Shown in pieces: positions 24,648-33,369 of a DNA stretch of 43,658 bases. The stretch's first letter is position 1. Each line of letters begins with the position of its first letter. The notes under the pieces were generated by a model. It made no database searches, was not told the origin of the DNA, and saw only the letters and a program-made list of their open reading frames with translations. This DNA comes from a virus: positions 1 to 43,658 of IMG/VR virus record IMGVR_UViG_3300017698_000020, one strand, 5' to 3'. The translations under genes were made by a program, and so were the position numbers.

Positions 24648-25109
24648 TCACGTCCTCTTGTAGAAATACCGGAACGGCAGTCCTGCAGCGCCGCGCGCCT
24701 GGGGTGACTCGACCGTGAAGCCCAGCCAGCGCAGCCAGCGAATCGACTTGACGTTGCGGTCATCCACCCAATTGTGAAGCACATCGTAATTGCGCGCCAT
24801 CACGGCGACCTCGGCGCGGCAACGGCGCAGGAAATGCTTCGGGTGCTGCTCGATCAGGTCGCTGCCCAGCATCCACACAATGCCGTTCCCGCCAAGCATC
24901 GATGTCGGGGTGACGCCGAACATGCACGCCACCTCGCCATCCAGCAGGCCGGTCATCGCTTGGTCGCTGCACTTGATGCCGTTGATCAGCGCCTCGCGCG
25001 GCTCGCACAGCGAAGACGCCCACAGCTCGGCAACGTCTGCCTCGCGCATCGTGAGCGCCAGTTCTTCTGCATGCTCCGGCGTCGCCGGGACAACCTCAGC
25101 CTTTGCCAC
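24648..25109 (-). CDS. GNAT-fold protein in the T7 gp13 position, 153 aa
   Basis: The C-terminal NVKSIRWLRWLGFTVE resembles the GNAT beta-strand/helix motif (N..S.r.l.klGF). The start is GTG and overlaps the nozzle gene by 14 nt. Confidence 0.55.
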   Translation of the reverse strand: MAKAEVVPATPEHAEELALTMREADVAELWASSLCEPREALINGIKCSDQAMTGLLDGEVACMFGVTPTSMLGGNGIVWMLGSDLIEQHPKHFLRRCRAEVAVMARNYDVLHNWVDDRNVKSIRWLRWLGFTVESPQARGAAGLPFRYFYKRT

Positions 25110-27615
25110 CAGTCTGCACCCTCGGGATGATGGATAGGATAGTCAGCGGAAGCGGGTCGGACTGGCGAATAAAGATGCTGCCGTCCTGCGTCCAGCCGGT
25201 TGGAATGCCAAGCTCGACAAGCCCTGTCTTCAGGCCTGTGGCCTCACCCCAGTCTTCAGCGTCTCGCTGCTTCAGCTCCACCAGGTCATCTTTCTCGAAC
25301 GACTGACGGCTGCCGGCAGCGAACACGCCGCGCGACTTGTTCAACTGCAGGCCTATCTTCGGGATAGACTTGTAGGTATCGCGCACCGTCTCGCCGGCGC
25401 TACTGATCGGCAGCGTCTCAATGTCTGACTCGATCGGCAGGCCAACATGCGCTACCGCAGCGGGGAACTGCAGGTCGATCGATCCACCAACCACCTGCTT
25501 CTGCGGCTGGACGTTGCCATCTGCCAGGATGGACACCATCTCGCCCTCGAGGTGATCGAGGCCCGACAGCGTGGTGGCCATGAACGCCCATGCCTCATCA
25601 GCGTAATCGCGCACCCCCTCAGGCACCAGGCGAACAGGCGAAACAGTCAGCACCGTGCTGCTGACGTATGCGTCGACATCAACATCAGCGAACTCGCGCT
25701 TGCCATCGTCATCAGTATCATCGCCATATATGCGAATCCTCCGCCCGACATCGCCAGCGGAGAACGCAGCAGCGCTGGCAGTAAGGGTCAGCGACTCGCT
25801 CGTCGTCCAGTTGGTGCCACCAGAAAGCTTGGCGGTGACGCCAGTGTCGCTTCGCCCGTCATACGTCAACCCAGAGTCGACGCAGAAGAAGTCTTCAATT
25901 CTCTCGAACTGGCGGGCATCAAGATACTCGATGTAGCGGACAGTCGCCCCATTCACTTGGCGCTTGACGACCGCATACGGAACATCGCGACTGCCCTCAG
26001 CAATAACAGCCACTGACTCGAACTCGCCGTCGATGGTGTCGTGTCGAGCCCAGGCAATCACCTGCTGCTCACGCTGGTACGTCATGGATAGAAGTGCGCC
26101 ATCAGATCGAACCACCAACACCACACTGTCAGGCTCCTGAGCGTAGGCCCAGTCCGTGATGGTGTACCCTTGGAATAGGTGGCTGCTGAATATCGTCAGG
26201 TCATCCCCAGTGAAGCCGTCCAGCTCGAAGGAGTACGCCAGGTCACGAACGACAGTGCCGCGCGCTTGCACGTAGAGCGCGCTGCTGCCAATCAGCAATG
26301 GTGGAACATCGGACGCACCGCGATAACTTTGCACTTCAGCGGTCACTGTATCGGGCGCAAGCCCTTGATCATTGTCGCTGATCAGCCACTCAGCACCTGA
26401 CGTTAGCGCCAGCAGTGAGCCAAGAGGGATCAAGTGTCGAATCTCATTGACCTGCCGGCTCGCCAGCGTGAAGGTGATCGCGTCATCAGCCTCGATCGGG
26501 AAGTTGGTATCGAAGCCGTCGAATATGCCAGCCTCACTCATCCAGAACGATTGAGGCTCAGCCCTGGAGTTGGCGAAGCATAGACGCTGCTGATAGTAGG
26601 TCGCCGTGCCAGGGTAACCGTTTGTGCTGTTCCATGCGCCAAGGCTCCACCGATACGTGCCGCTATCCACGACTGGCTTGGGGATGGTTCTAAACACGCC
26701 AACAAGAACCTCGGTTGGCGATATGTACTCGTTTATGACGCACACGCCATCGACGCCATTCACGTATCGCCACTTCACGCCCAGCTTCTCGGTAATACCT
26801 TGAACTGTCTCCTTTGGCCCGTCCCACTGCTCACCCTCGGTATGCGCAGGCGTGTTGTCACCAGTCAGCGCTGAAGCATCAGCCTTCTCGACCGCAAGAT
26901 ATGTACGCTCATCGACGTACCTGTACTCACCCACCGCCACTGACGCGCGATTCTGCCATGCACCAATATCGTCGGTTGATTCCTGGCGTAGCTTTATCAG
27001 CATGCCAACCATGCTGGCGTCGAATAGATTCTGGCTTGATGTTAGGGTGACGCCGCTTCCGCCGCCAGATTGCGCACTGGCGGTTATCACAATGTCTTCA
27101 TCAACATTCTGATCTTGGAAAGGCCCAAGCTTTGAATCGTATATATCGAGACTCCAGTCAGTCTCAGAAAACCGTTTTATCTGGCGAGGCTTATAGCTTG
27201 GATGAACTAAGGTGAGTACGTCAGCAGATTGCACGAACTTGATCTTGAATAGAACTTGCGTTGCATATGGAGTTGATAACTCAACAGGTGAGCCGCCATC
27301 CATAACGGTCTCTCCGTCACGATGGAATCTTGCGTACCGATCGCCAAGCTCGATGATATACGTCTGCTCTGTGTTGAATGAAAACGGGATCAATCGCACC
27401 GGGCGCCCCGGATACTTGCATGCGTTGACGTAGTGGAAGCCGGGACGATTACTTACGCCGCCGTAAGGCTGCACGACGAAGTTGCGACATGTCTTCAGGC
27501 TGATGGCATAACGCGCCAAGTCGACCCGACCCTGCAGGCTGGGCGATAGCTCGCCACCAGCAAACGATGGTTGCAGGTAGCTGCCGGGCGGGCTCCAGTT
27601 GAGCTGATTAGCCAT
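25096..27615 (-). CDS. Tail tubular protein B / nozzle-like protein, 840 aa
   Basis: The ATG at 27615 shares 1 nt with the upstream TGA. The N-terminus MANQLNWSPPGSYLQPSFAGGELSPSLQGRVDLARYAISLKTCRNFVVQPYGGVSNRPG is typical of podovirus nozzle proteins (from memory). Its size and its order after the adaptor match T7 gp12. Confidence 0.7.
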   Translation of the reverse strand: MANQLNWSPPGSYLQPSFAGGELSPSLQGRVDLARYAISLKTCRNFVVQPYGGVSNRPGFHYVNACKYPGRPVRLIPFSFNTEQTYIIELGDRYARFHRDGETVMDGGSPVELSTPYATQVLFKIKFVQSADVLTLVHPSYKPRQIKRFSETDWSLDIYDSKLGPFQDQNVDEDIVITASAQSGGGSGVTLTSSQNLFDASMVGMLIKLRQESTDDIGAWQNRASVAVGEYRYVDERTYLAVEKADASALTGDNTPAHTEGEQWDGPKETVQGITEKLGVKWRYVNGVDGVCVINEYISPTEVLVGVFRTIPKPVVDSGTYRWSLGAWNSTNGYPGTATYYQQRLCFANSRAEPQSFWMSEAGIFDGFDTNFPIEADDAITFTLASRQVNEIRHLIPLGSLLALTSGAEWLISDNDQGLAPDTVTAEVQSYRGASDVPPLLIGSSALYVQARGTVVRDLAYSFELDGFTGDDLTIFSSHLFQGYTITDWAYAQEPDSVVLVVRSDGALLSMTYQREQQVIAWARHDTIDGEFESVAVIAEGSRDVPYAVVKRQVNGATVRYIEYLDARQFERIEDFFCVDSGLTYDGRSDTGVTAKLSGGTNWTTSESLTLTASAAAFSAGDVGRRIRIYGDDTDDDGKREFADVDVDAYVSSTVLTVSPVRLVPEGVRDYADEAWAFMATTLSGLDHLEGEMVSILADGNVQPQKQVVGGSIDLQFPAAVAHVGLPIESDIETLPISSAGETVRDTYKSIPKIGLQLNKSRGVFAAGSRQSFEKDDLVELKQRDAEDWGEATGLKTGLVELGIPTGWTQDGSIFIRQSDPLPLTILSIIPRVQTGGKG

Positions 27616-28277
27616 CAGTACCCCCCATTGTATCGGTCGTGGTGATGCCCGCAGTGGCCGCCGATATGCGCCTGCGTCCACTCAGCCTCGGGAGCGCTCG
27701 GCCCGTGACGCTCGGACTGGTCGCGAGCCATCGCCTCATTCAGCTTGCCAAGCGCCTGACTGTTGAGCGCCTGCGCCATCGCTGGATTAGCGTGCAGCGG
27801 CATACTGATATTGGCGCCCAGCATCAGCTCGAGCGTGGCAGAGAAGTCAGGCGTCATCAGGTTGGGGTCTTCGATGTCGGCAGTGTACCGGCAGCCCGCC
27901 TTCTCGATGTTGGTCAGGATGGTTCGCCCGCCTTCGCCGTCGCTTCCCGTCTCATAGATGCCGACCCGGTGCGGGTTGAACCGCCCGGGCTCTCCGCGGC
28001 CAGCCATCTCGGTGCTGAATACCTGCAGCACAGTGATCGCATCGACCGGGTACCGGTACGTAAAGCGCCAGCCGAATGGCCCGTCACCGATAAGCGCCAG
28101 CTCGACACGGCGCTGCGCAAACGACCATGCGTAGGTGCGCAGCAGTTGATCGAGTGTCGAGTCATACCATCGCCGGCAAAGCCGCGCCTCCTTCGACTTC
28201 TCGGTCAGGCTGGCAATCGTGATGTCGGTGCCCGTGTGACTCAAGGCGCGGTTACAGATGTCAACTTGACTAGGCAT
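27615..28277 (-). CDS. Adaptor / tail tubular protein A-like, 220 aa
   Basis: The ATG at 28277 gives MPSQVDICNRALSHTGTDITIASLTEKSKEARLCRRWYDSTLDQLLRTYAWSFA, the characteristic N-terminus of gp11-type adaptors (from memory). Size and position fit. Confidence 0.7.
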   Translation of the reverse strand: MPSQVDICNRALSHTGTDITIASLTEKSKEARLCRRWYDSTLDQLLRTYAWSFAQRRVELALIGDGPFGWRFTYRYPVDAITVLQVFSTEMAGRGEPGRFNPHRVGIYETGSDGEGGRTILTNIEKAGCRYTADIEDPNLMTPDFSATLELMLGANISMPLHANPAMAQALNSQALGKLNEAMARDQSERHGPSAPEAEWTQAHIGGHCGHHHDRYNGGY

Positions 28278-28782
28278 TGATCGTCTCCATTGGATCGCCC
28301 TCGGCCCACACATACCGGAGCTCTACATTCGTGATTGCGGCCAGCGTCCTGATGCCGACAATGGCCTGGCCACCAGGCCCGCCAATGCTCAGCACTTCAG
28401 CCCCGCCAGCGCTTGGCGTCGCCTTTGGCCCGCCGCCAGTCTCGCCGCTAGCGATAACCTTGACCACTGCATCACCAGGAGGCCCGGTAATCGTGCAGCG
28501 GCTGATGACAGCATCAGTCGGATGGCCGCCTGCACGCAAGTTGCTCAGGATCATTGGCGTCCCAATGGCATCAAGCACGGCGCCTGGATACACCTCATAG
28601 AAGATCGGCCCGCCATCACCAGCCACCGTGCGCGCCTGCAGATAGATGGTCTTGTCGGATGGGTACTGCACGAGGTAATACTGCACCCCGTTCAAGGAGG
28701 CGACCAGATCATATGCCTCGAACGATCTTCCGCGGTGCGCCATTGACTCAAAGAAGCTCATGGAATTGACGTTGGTGATCAT
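28270..28782 (-). CDS. Hypothetical structural protein, 170 aa
   Basis: A coupled ORF (ATGA overlap at 28779-28782) in the structural operon. No motif recognised. Confidence 0.55.
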   Translation of the reverse strand: MITNVNSMSFFESMAHRGRSFEAYDLVASLNGVQYYLVQYPSDKTIYLQARTVAGDGGPIFYEVYPGAVLDAIGTPMILSNLRAGGHPTDAVISRCTITGPPGDAVVKVIASGETGGGPKATPSAGGAEVLSIGGPGGQAIVGIRTLAAITNVELRYVWAEGDPMETINA

Positions 28783-29171
28783 GAACCGTCCTCCTGCGCA
28801 ATGCGCGCGAGCCCGAGCTGAATGATGTGATCCTGCGCTGATTCTCGCCGATCGCCCACGATGGCGGTGATGTGCTCAGGCGTGGCCAGGTCGCCAATGT
28901 TGAGCGTTGCCTGGGCGCGCGTGGCTGCCACCACGTCTGCATCAGGCGCGTAACTGGGCGCAACCATTGGCTCGGCAGCCATGTCCTCGAAGACAGGCTT
29001 GGCGACAGTGGAGGCCACGGCATACTCATTGCCACTGGTGTCTGTATGTGTGGCCGCCGTGAACGTCTGATCGTCTGACGCAGACTCACCCAAGCACAGG
29101 GCAAGGGCGTTGGCGTCTGAGAGCATGGAGACTGGGGCGGCTATGGTGACGCGGAGGGTGTACTGAGTCAT
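28779..29171 (-). CDS. Hypothetical structural protein, 130 aa
   Basis: A coupled ORF (ATGA overlap at 29168-29171). No motif recognised. Confidence 0.55.
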   Translation of the reverse strand: MTQYTLRVTIAAPVSMLSDANALALCLGESASDDQTFTAATHTDTSGNEYAVASTVAKPVFEDMAAEPMVAPSYAPDADVVAATRAQATLNIGDLATPEHITAIVGDRRESAQDHIIQLGLARIAQEDGS

Positions 29172-30298
29172 GGACTTATCCCCTCATAAAACTCCCTCAC
29201 TGCGCCCGCCTGGGATTCGCTCATCTCATAGTCGGTCAGCGCATACCCGTACATATCCATTGCCGCGTAGGATGTGCTTCCGCTGGCACGATACCCTAGC
29301 GCGATAGCAGATAGGGAAGTGGCAGCCCCAGAGTCACCGCTGACAGAGCCAGTGTCGTCACCTCTCGACACAGAGATTGACGAGGCCGCCCCATCGAACA
29401 CCGCACTAACAACGTGCGGATTCTCTGTAGTGAACGTATCAAAGAGGATGAGGAACGCCCCGTTGTATATACGGTAGCTGTTATCCCTCATGACTAGCTG
29501 CCCATTCAGATCGCTGGTGCTCGATGACACACGGGTGTCATTGCTTGTCACTGCGACAGATGTCGATATGCTGTACGGAACCGATATCGACTGAGGGGTC
29601 TGAGCCATTATCGAATCATCGACACCATCAAAGCTCAACCAGCTGTAACCGCCAGAGCTTCGGTATGTAGGCTTGGCGGAAGACAAACCCTGAGACAGAT
29701 GAAGACCGTTGCCCGACACATCCAGCATCAGCCCCACGGGATCGCCATCAGCGGTGACAGGGGTTGTGCCAGCAGAGTCTTGGAACAACACTTGACTGCC
29801 CAGCACTTCAGGCTTGGGAATATAGAAGGCACCTGCTTGCCCCTGACCATACAGCGAGTTGATCAACGCCCGCAGCTCGGCATCAAGGTCACGCTCGACA
29901 ACGCGCAGGCTGGTCACGGTCGTGGTCGTGTTGCCCACCGATGCACGGAACGTCAGGTAAGGCCCGTCCGCTACCAGGTCGATCGTCTCAGCACCGCCCT
30001 CCAGCCCGTACACCTGATTGGCCTGGGTCACGCCTTGCTCGGAGGCCAGGTAGATCAGCAGCGTGCCCGCACCGCGCGTCTGGTCGATGCTGATCGTGTA
30101 GGTCTTGCCGGCCTCAGCGCCGATGTCGAGCTGGATGTACCCGGTGCCGGAGTTGGTAAAGGTGTCAGTGGTCGTGCTCGCCATTGGCGACTGCGGCACG
30201 TTATACCACTGCGTGAAGTCGATCACCGGCACCAGGTTGGCATCGATGATCCTGCTCAGTAGTGTCTGCCGGGCAAGCCCCAGCCCCAGGCCCAGCAT
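29168..30298 (-). CDS. Putative capsid/virion fibre with C-terminal LamG/concanavalin-like domain, 376 aa
   Basis: SFDGVDDSIMAQTP...VVSAVFDGAASSISVSRGD... resembles Laminin_G_3-type jelly-roll motifs. It directly follows the spike-base-like gene with a 1-nt overlap. Confidence 0.45.
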   Translation of the reverse strand: MLGLGLGLARQTLLSRIIDANLVPVIDFTQWYNVPQSPMASTTTDTFTNSGTGYIQLDIGAEAGKTYTISIDQTRGAGTLLIYLASEQGVTQANQVYGLEGGAETIDLVADGPYLTFRASVGNTTTTVTSLRVVERDLDAELRALINSLYGQGQAGAFYIPKPEVLGSQVLFQDSAGTTPVTADGDPVGLMLDVSGNGLHLSQGLSSAKPTYRSSGGYSWLSFDGVDDSIMAQTPQSISVPYSISTSVAVTSNDTRVSSSTSDLNGQLVMRDNSYRIYNGAFLILFDTFTTENPHVVSAVFDGAASSISVSRGDDTGSVSGDSGAATSLSAIALGYRASGSTSYAAMDMYGYALTDYEMSESQAGAVREFYEGISP

Positions 30299-30576
30299 TA
30301 CCAGACCGCCAGGATGTCAGTCGCCGTGGTGCCGGTTGCGTTCACCTTTCGAACCAGGAACGGCACGAAGCCGCCAGCAGCCACGGTCACGGTCACTGCA
30401 CTGGCGCCGATCGGCAGTGCAGGCACAGCACTCACATCGCCGGCAGTGCCAACGAAGATGGAAACAGGGGAGGCGTACTCTTCGGAGTCACTCGGCGTCA
30501 CCGCGTCAGCGTGCGGGGGAAACATAGTGACGCGGCCAGAGTAGGCCGGAGGTGTGGAGATGTCGCCAATAGCCAT
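30298..30576 (-). CDS. Small beta-rich protein resembling the RcGTA head-spike base (Rcc01079 family), 92 aa
   Basis: AVTPSDSEEY...IFVGTAGDVSAVP...GGFVPFLVRKVNATGTTATDILAVW matches my recollection of the family pattern (tPsD...yvG.aGdv...G..lPirv.rV.atGTTAt.i..L). Not searched. Confidence 0.45.
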   Translation of the reverse strand: MAIGDISTPPAYSGRVTMFPPHADAVTPSDSEEYASPVSIFVGTAGDVSAVPALPIGASAVTVTVAAGGFVPFLVRKVNATGTTATDILAVW

Positions 30577-30590
30577 GATCAGATTCCTCT

Positions 30591-30616
30591 ATGAAGAAGG
30601 GGGCCGATTGGCCCCC
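30591..30616 (-). terminator. Rho-independent terminator after the capsid gene cluster
   Basis: The minus-strand RNA is GGGGGCC-AAUC-GGCCCCC followed by UUCUUCAU. It starts 4 nt after the stop of the 78-aa gene. Confidence 0.65.
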
Positions 30617-30620
30617 TCAG

Positions 30621-30857
30621 TTACTCGACCTTCTCGCCTGAGTCGCCCGCGTCCTGCTTGGGCTCTTCCTGCTTGGTGGCTGCAGCCTTGCCCGATGGCT
30701 TGCGCGCGGCAGGCTTCTCGAGGGGCTCCATCCAGCTCGGGAAGTATGCGGCCTTCTTGCCACCGACAGTCTTCTCGGTGATGCCGTCATACTCGAACAC
30801 CTCGCCGGGCACACGCAGCCCCTTGAAGGTACCGTAGGACTTGGCACGTACTTTCAT
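30621..30857 (-). CDS. Hypothetical Lys/Pro/Ala-rich protein, 78 aa
   Basis: The ORF follows the decoration gene. It has a basic, low-complexity C-terminus. Confidence 0.55.
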   Translation of the reverse strand: MKVRAKSYGTFKGLRVPGEVFEYDGITEKTVGGKKAAYFPSWMEPLEKPAARKPSGKAAATKQEEPKQDAGDSGEKVE

Positions 30858-30869
30858 GCTATCGCCCCC

Positions 30870-31265
30870 TTAGTAGCCCTGCTGGTGAGCAGCGACCACA
30901 CCTGCGGTCACGGTGCCGGCAGTGGCGCTGGAGCCGGCGACGGTATAGCTGATGCGCAGATAGCGCTGCACGCCGATCGGCATGAACTGCGGCGCCAGGT
31001 TGCGGCCAGCGACCAGATCAGCCACCGGCACAGCGCCGGATGTGGCCAGGGTCTCAGAAGAGGAGAAGTCCTCAGTCTCAGAGGTTTCGATGGTGGCGGT
31101 CAGGCTGGTCAGGGTGGCGAAGTCTTTCGTCACCTGGATCAGCACCGGTACCGGAGTACCCTTGCCAATGTCCCGGGACACGCCCAGGTCAATGACGTTG
31201 GTAGACACGGCGCTGGCGGTGATCGCCTGGTCGTCACTGAACAGATTCGTCTTGTCCATGATCAT
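30870..31265 (-). CDS. Putative capsid decoration/cement protein, 131 aa
   Basis: It lies immediately downstream of the major capsid gene. NLFSDDQAITASAVSTNVIDLGVSRDIGKGTPVPVLIQV...TSLTATIETSE fits the pattern of BPP-1 Bbp16-like cement proteins (from memory). Confidence 0.5.
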   Translation of the reverse strand: MIMDKTNLFSDDQAITASAVSTNVIDLGVSRDIGKGTPVPVLIQVTKDFATLTSLTATIETSETEDFSSSETLATSGAVPVADLVAGRNLAPQFMPIGVQRYLRISYTVAGSSATAGTVTAGVVAAHQQGY

Positions 31266-31301
31266 GATGCATTACCTCGCAGAGTTGTCTGGTACCGCCC
31301 C

Positions 31302-32336
31302 TCAGACAGAGGGGACGGCAGATTCAGTGGACAGGATGGCTTCGCACTCGCGCACCGGCATGCCGCGGTAGCCCATGACTTCGCGACCGTCGACTTCCAT
31401 CGGCGACAGGCGAACGACAGTGCCGCCCGCAGTGCTCTTGGTCGGAGTGGTGCCAGCGTCGAGCGCCTCGAGCACGTCACGGTTGCAGTAGATCGCAGCG
31501 CGACCGCCAGTCACCATGCGCTGGTGCAGGCGATAGTATGCCTTGCGCATCAGTGCATAGATGTCGACGTTGCCCGCGATCAGCTCAGACACGTCGATGT
31601 TGGCAATGCGGACGACGTAGCGATAGTCGCGCACGGACATGCCGATATGCCACTTGAAGATTTCCGCCATCGCGCGGTACTTGCCGCCACTAGGATCATC
31701 GGCATCAATCTCGCCCAAGTCCTGACGATTGAGGCCTGCGCTGGAGCCCTTCGGGTAGATGCCGTGGGCAGTACGATCGCCCCAGACAACGAACCAGACG
31801 GAGGTCAGGTCGGAGCCGGTGCCGCCAGCGTCAATCACCTGATCAGCAGTGTCCTTAGACTTGGCGTTGGCTGGCGAGCGATAGGTATTGAAGCGCGGCG
31901 CCAGGCCCATGAAGCGCTCAGGGTGCGTGGTGGTGTCGCCGTAGAACAGCGTGGTCGCCATCTGGTTGTTCATGCCCTCGAGGAAGGCAGTCGCTTCGTT
32001 CAGGCGGAACTGGTTGTTGTTGCCGGACAGGCGAACCAGATCGGAGTCGATCTCAGAGCGAGCTTCCAGCATGCCAGTGGTGTCCTGAATCTGCGCGGTG
32101 CTGGACTTCTGCGGCTGGACGCCCTGGTACAGCTTGCGCCAGGTTGCCTCGGGCAGGCCGGTGCGGATGGTGCTCTTGTGGTTGGTGCCGTTGTTACACT
32201 CGACCATCATCATATCGTCGAGGATCGGGTTGGTTTCTTTTAGCAGCTCGATGATGGCGGAGGTGACAGAATCATCACCCTCCTTCTGCTTGAACAGATC
32301 AGCGAGACTCAGGTAGGTATTACCGATTGCAGCCAT
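31302..32336 (-). CDS. Major capsid protein (HK97-fold type), 344 aa
   Basis: Its position after the scaffold gene, its size, its composition, and the flanking decoration gene and terminator support the call. The N-terminus MAAIGNTYLSLADLFKQ...ELLKETNPILDDMMMVECNNGT is typical of epsilon15/BPP-1-type capsid proteins (from memory). Confidence 0.8.
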   Translation of the reverse strand: MAAIGNTYLSLADLFKQKEGDDSVTSAIIELLKETNPILDDMMMVECNNGTNHKSTIRTGLPEATWRKLYQGVQPQKSSTAQIQDTTGMLEARSEIDSDLVRLSGNNNQFRLNEATAFLEGMNNQMATTLFYGDTTTHPERFMGLAPRFNTYRSPANAKSKDTADQVIDAGGTGSDLTSVWFVVWGDRTAHGIYPKGSSAGLNRQDLGEIDADDPSGGKYRAMAEIFKWHIGMSVRDYRYVVRIANIDVSELIAGNVDIYALMRKAYYRLHQRMVTGGRAAIYCNRDVLEALDAGTTPTKSTAGGTVVRLSPMEVDGREVMGYRGMPVRECEAILSTESAVPSV

Positions 32337-32349
32337 GATGACTTACCTC

Positions 32350-33051
32350 TCAGTTGCTTTTGCCGTACATGATTTCAGCCACGTCGCGTGGCCCTTGGGA
32401 CTGTCCACCCATTACCACTTTGTCCTCACTCATGGCCTTGCCAATCTGAGAGAACACTTTCACGAAGGCCGGATGGTTGCCCATGCCGGTAGTCTCCAGC
32501 GCCTCAATGAAAGCATCGCCGCCGAACTGCTTCACCGCTTTCGTGGCGTGGCCCAGGTTCTCATCGAACTTGGCGCCACCGAACTCGGGATCATTCTTCA
32601 GCTCATTCTGCCATGCTTCCACCTGGGTGGCATGCGCTTCGCGCTGCTGCTTGGCTCCCTGCTGAATGCTGTCGGCATGAAGTTTGACAAGCTTGTCGGC
32701 CTGCTCCTGGGAAAGCCCGAGCTCGCGCGCGACCGGTTCGAATGACTCAAGGGCAGCCTGATCAAGCGCCCCCTCGAATCCTTCCGGTGCCGTGAACTCG
32801 TACTTCTCAGGAGCGCCAGCCTTTGCCTCATCGCCCTTCTCACCGCCGCCTTCAGGCTTGTCGCCAGTAGCAGCTTGATCGCCTTGCTCACCCTGGGTCG
32901 GTGCCGGTGCCGCCTCACCCTGTTGCTGCTGCGCTGGCTGCGTTCCTTCTACTGCAGCCGGTGCCGGTGCTGCTTCACCTGCCTGACCCTGACCCTGACC
33001 TTCTGCGGTTCCGGTGTTACCCTGCCCCGTCATCATGGTTTCGGTGCCCAT
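32350..33051 (-). CDS. Scaffolding protein, 233 aa
   Basis: It lies between the portal and capsid genes. It has a low-complexity Gly/Gln/Ala/Pro N-terminus and a helical charged C-terminal half. Confidence 0.65.
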   Translation of the reverse strand: MGTETMMTGQGNTGTAEGQGQGQAGEAAPAPAAVEGTQPAQQQQGEAAPAPTQGEQGDQAATGDKPEGGGEKGDEAKAGAPEKYEFTAPEGFEGALDQAALESFEPVARELGLSQEQADKLVKLHADSIQQGAKQQREAHATQVEAWQNELKNDPEFGGAKFDENLGHATKAVKQFGGDAFIEALETTGMGNHPAFVKVFSQIGKAMSEDKVVMGGQSQGPRDVAEIMYGKSN

Positions 33052-33054
33052 TCA

Positions 33055-33369
33055 TCAATCCTCGCTTTCTGCATTGATACGGCGCTCGCGCTCGGCGCGC
33101 GCCTCCTTGTCTTCGTTCCACATCGTGAGGAATCGCGATGGTTCAATATCCATCACCTCATGGAACAAGTCGAGGCCCACGCTGCGGCGACCCTCGTTGT
33201 AGTAGGACTGGCTGCTGCCGGTGAACGTCTTTGAAAACGTGCCGGTGCCACTCATGATGCCGAACAGCAGGCGACGACCTTGCGCGGTATCCATCGCCTG
33301 GCGCAGATCATTCTCGCGCTGCTGCTGCCACTCGGCCGCCACCCTGCTTTCAATGTCGTCTGGATTCAT
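33055..33369 (-). CDS. Hypothetical head-morphogenesis-region protein, 104 aa
   Basis: The start overlaps the portal stop (ATGA). No motif recognised. Confidence 0.55.
   Translation of the reverse strand: MNPDDIESRVAAEWQQQRENDLRQAMDTAQGRRLLFGIMSGTGTFSKTFTGSSQSYYNEGRRSVGLDLFHEVMDIEPSRFLTMWNEDKEARAERERRINAESED

Noticed and set aside
31287-31316. The hairpin overlapping the major capsid gene stop (ccgcccctc-agaca-gaggggacgg) as a terminator.
   Set aside because: The stem is imperfect with a bulge, and no U-tract follows it on the minus strand. The decoration gene follows 37 nt downstream and needs read-through.
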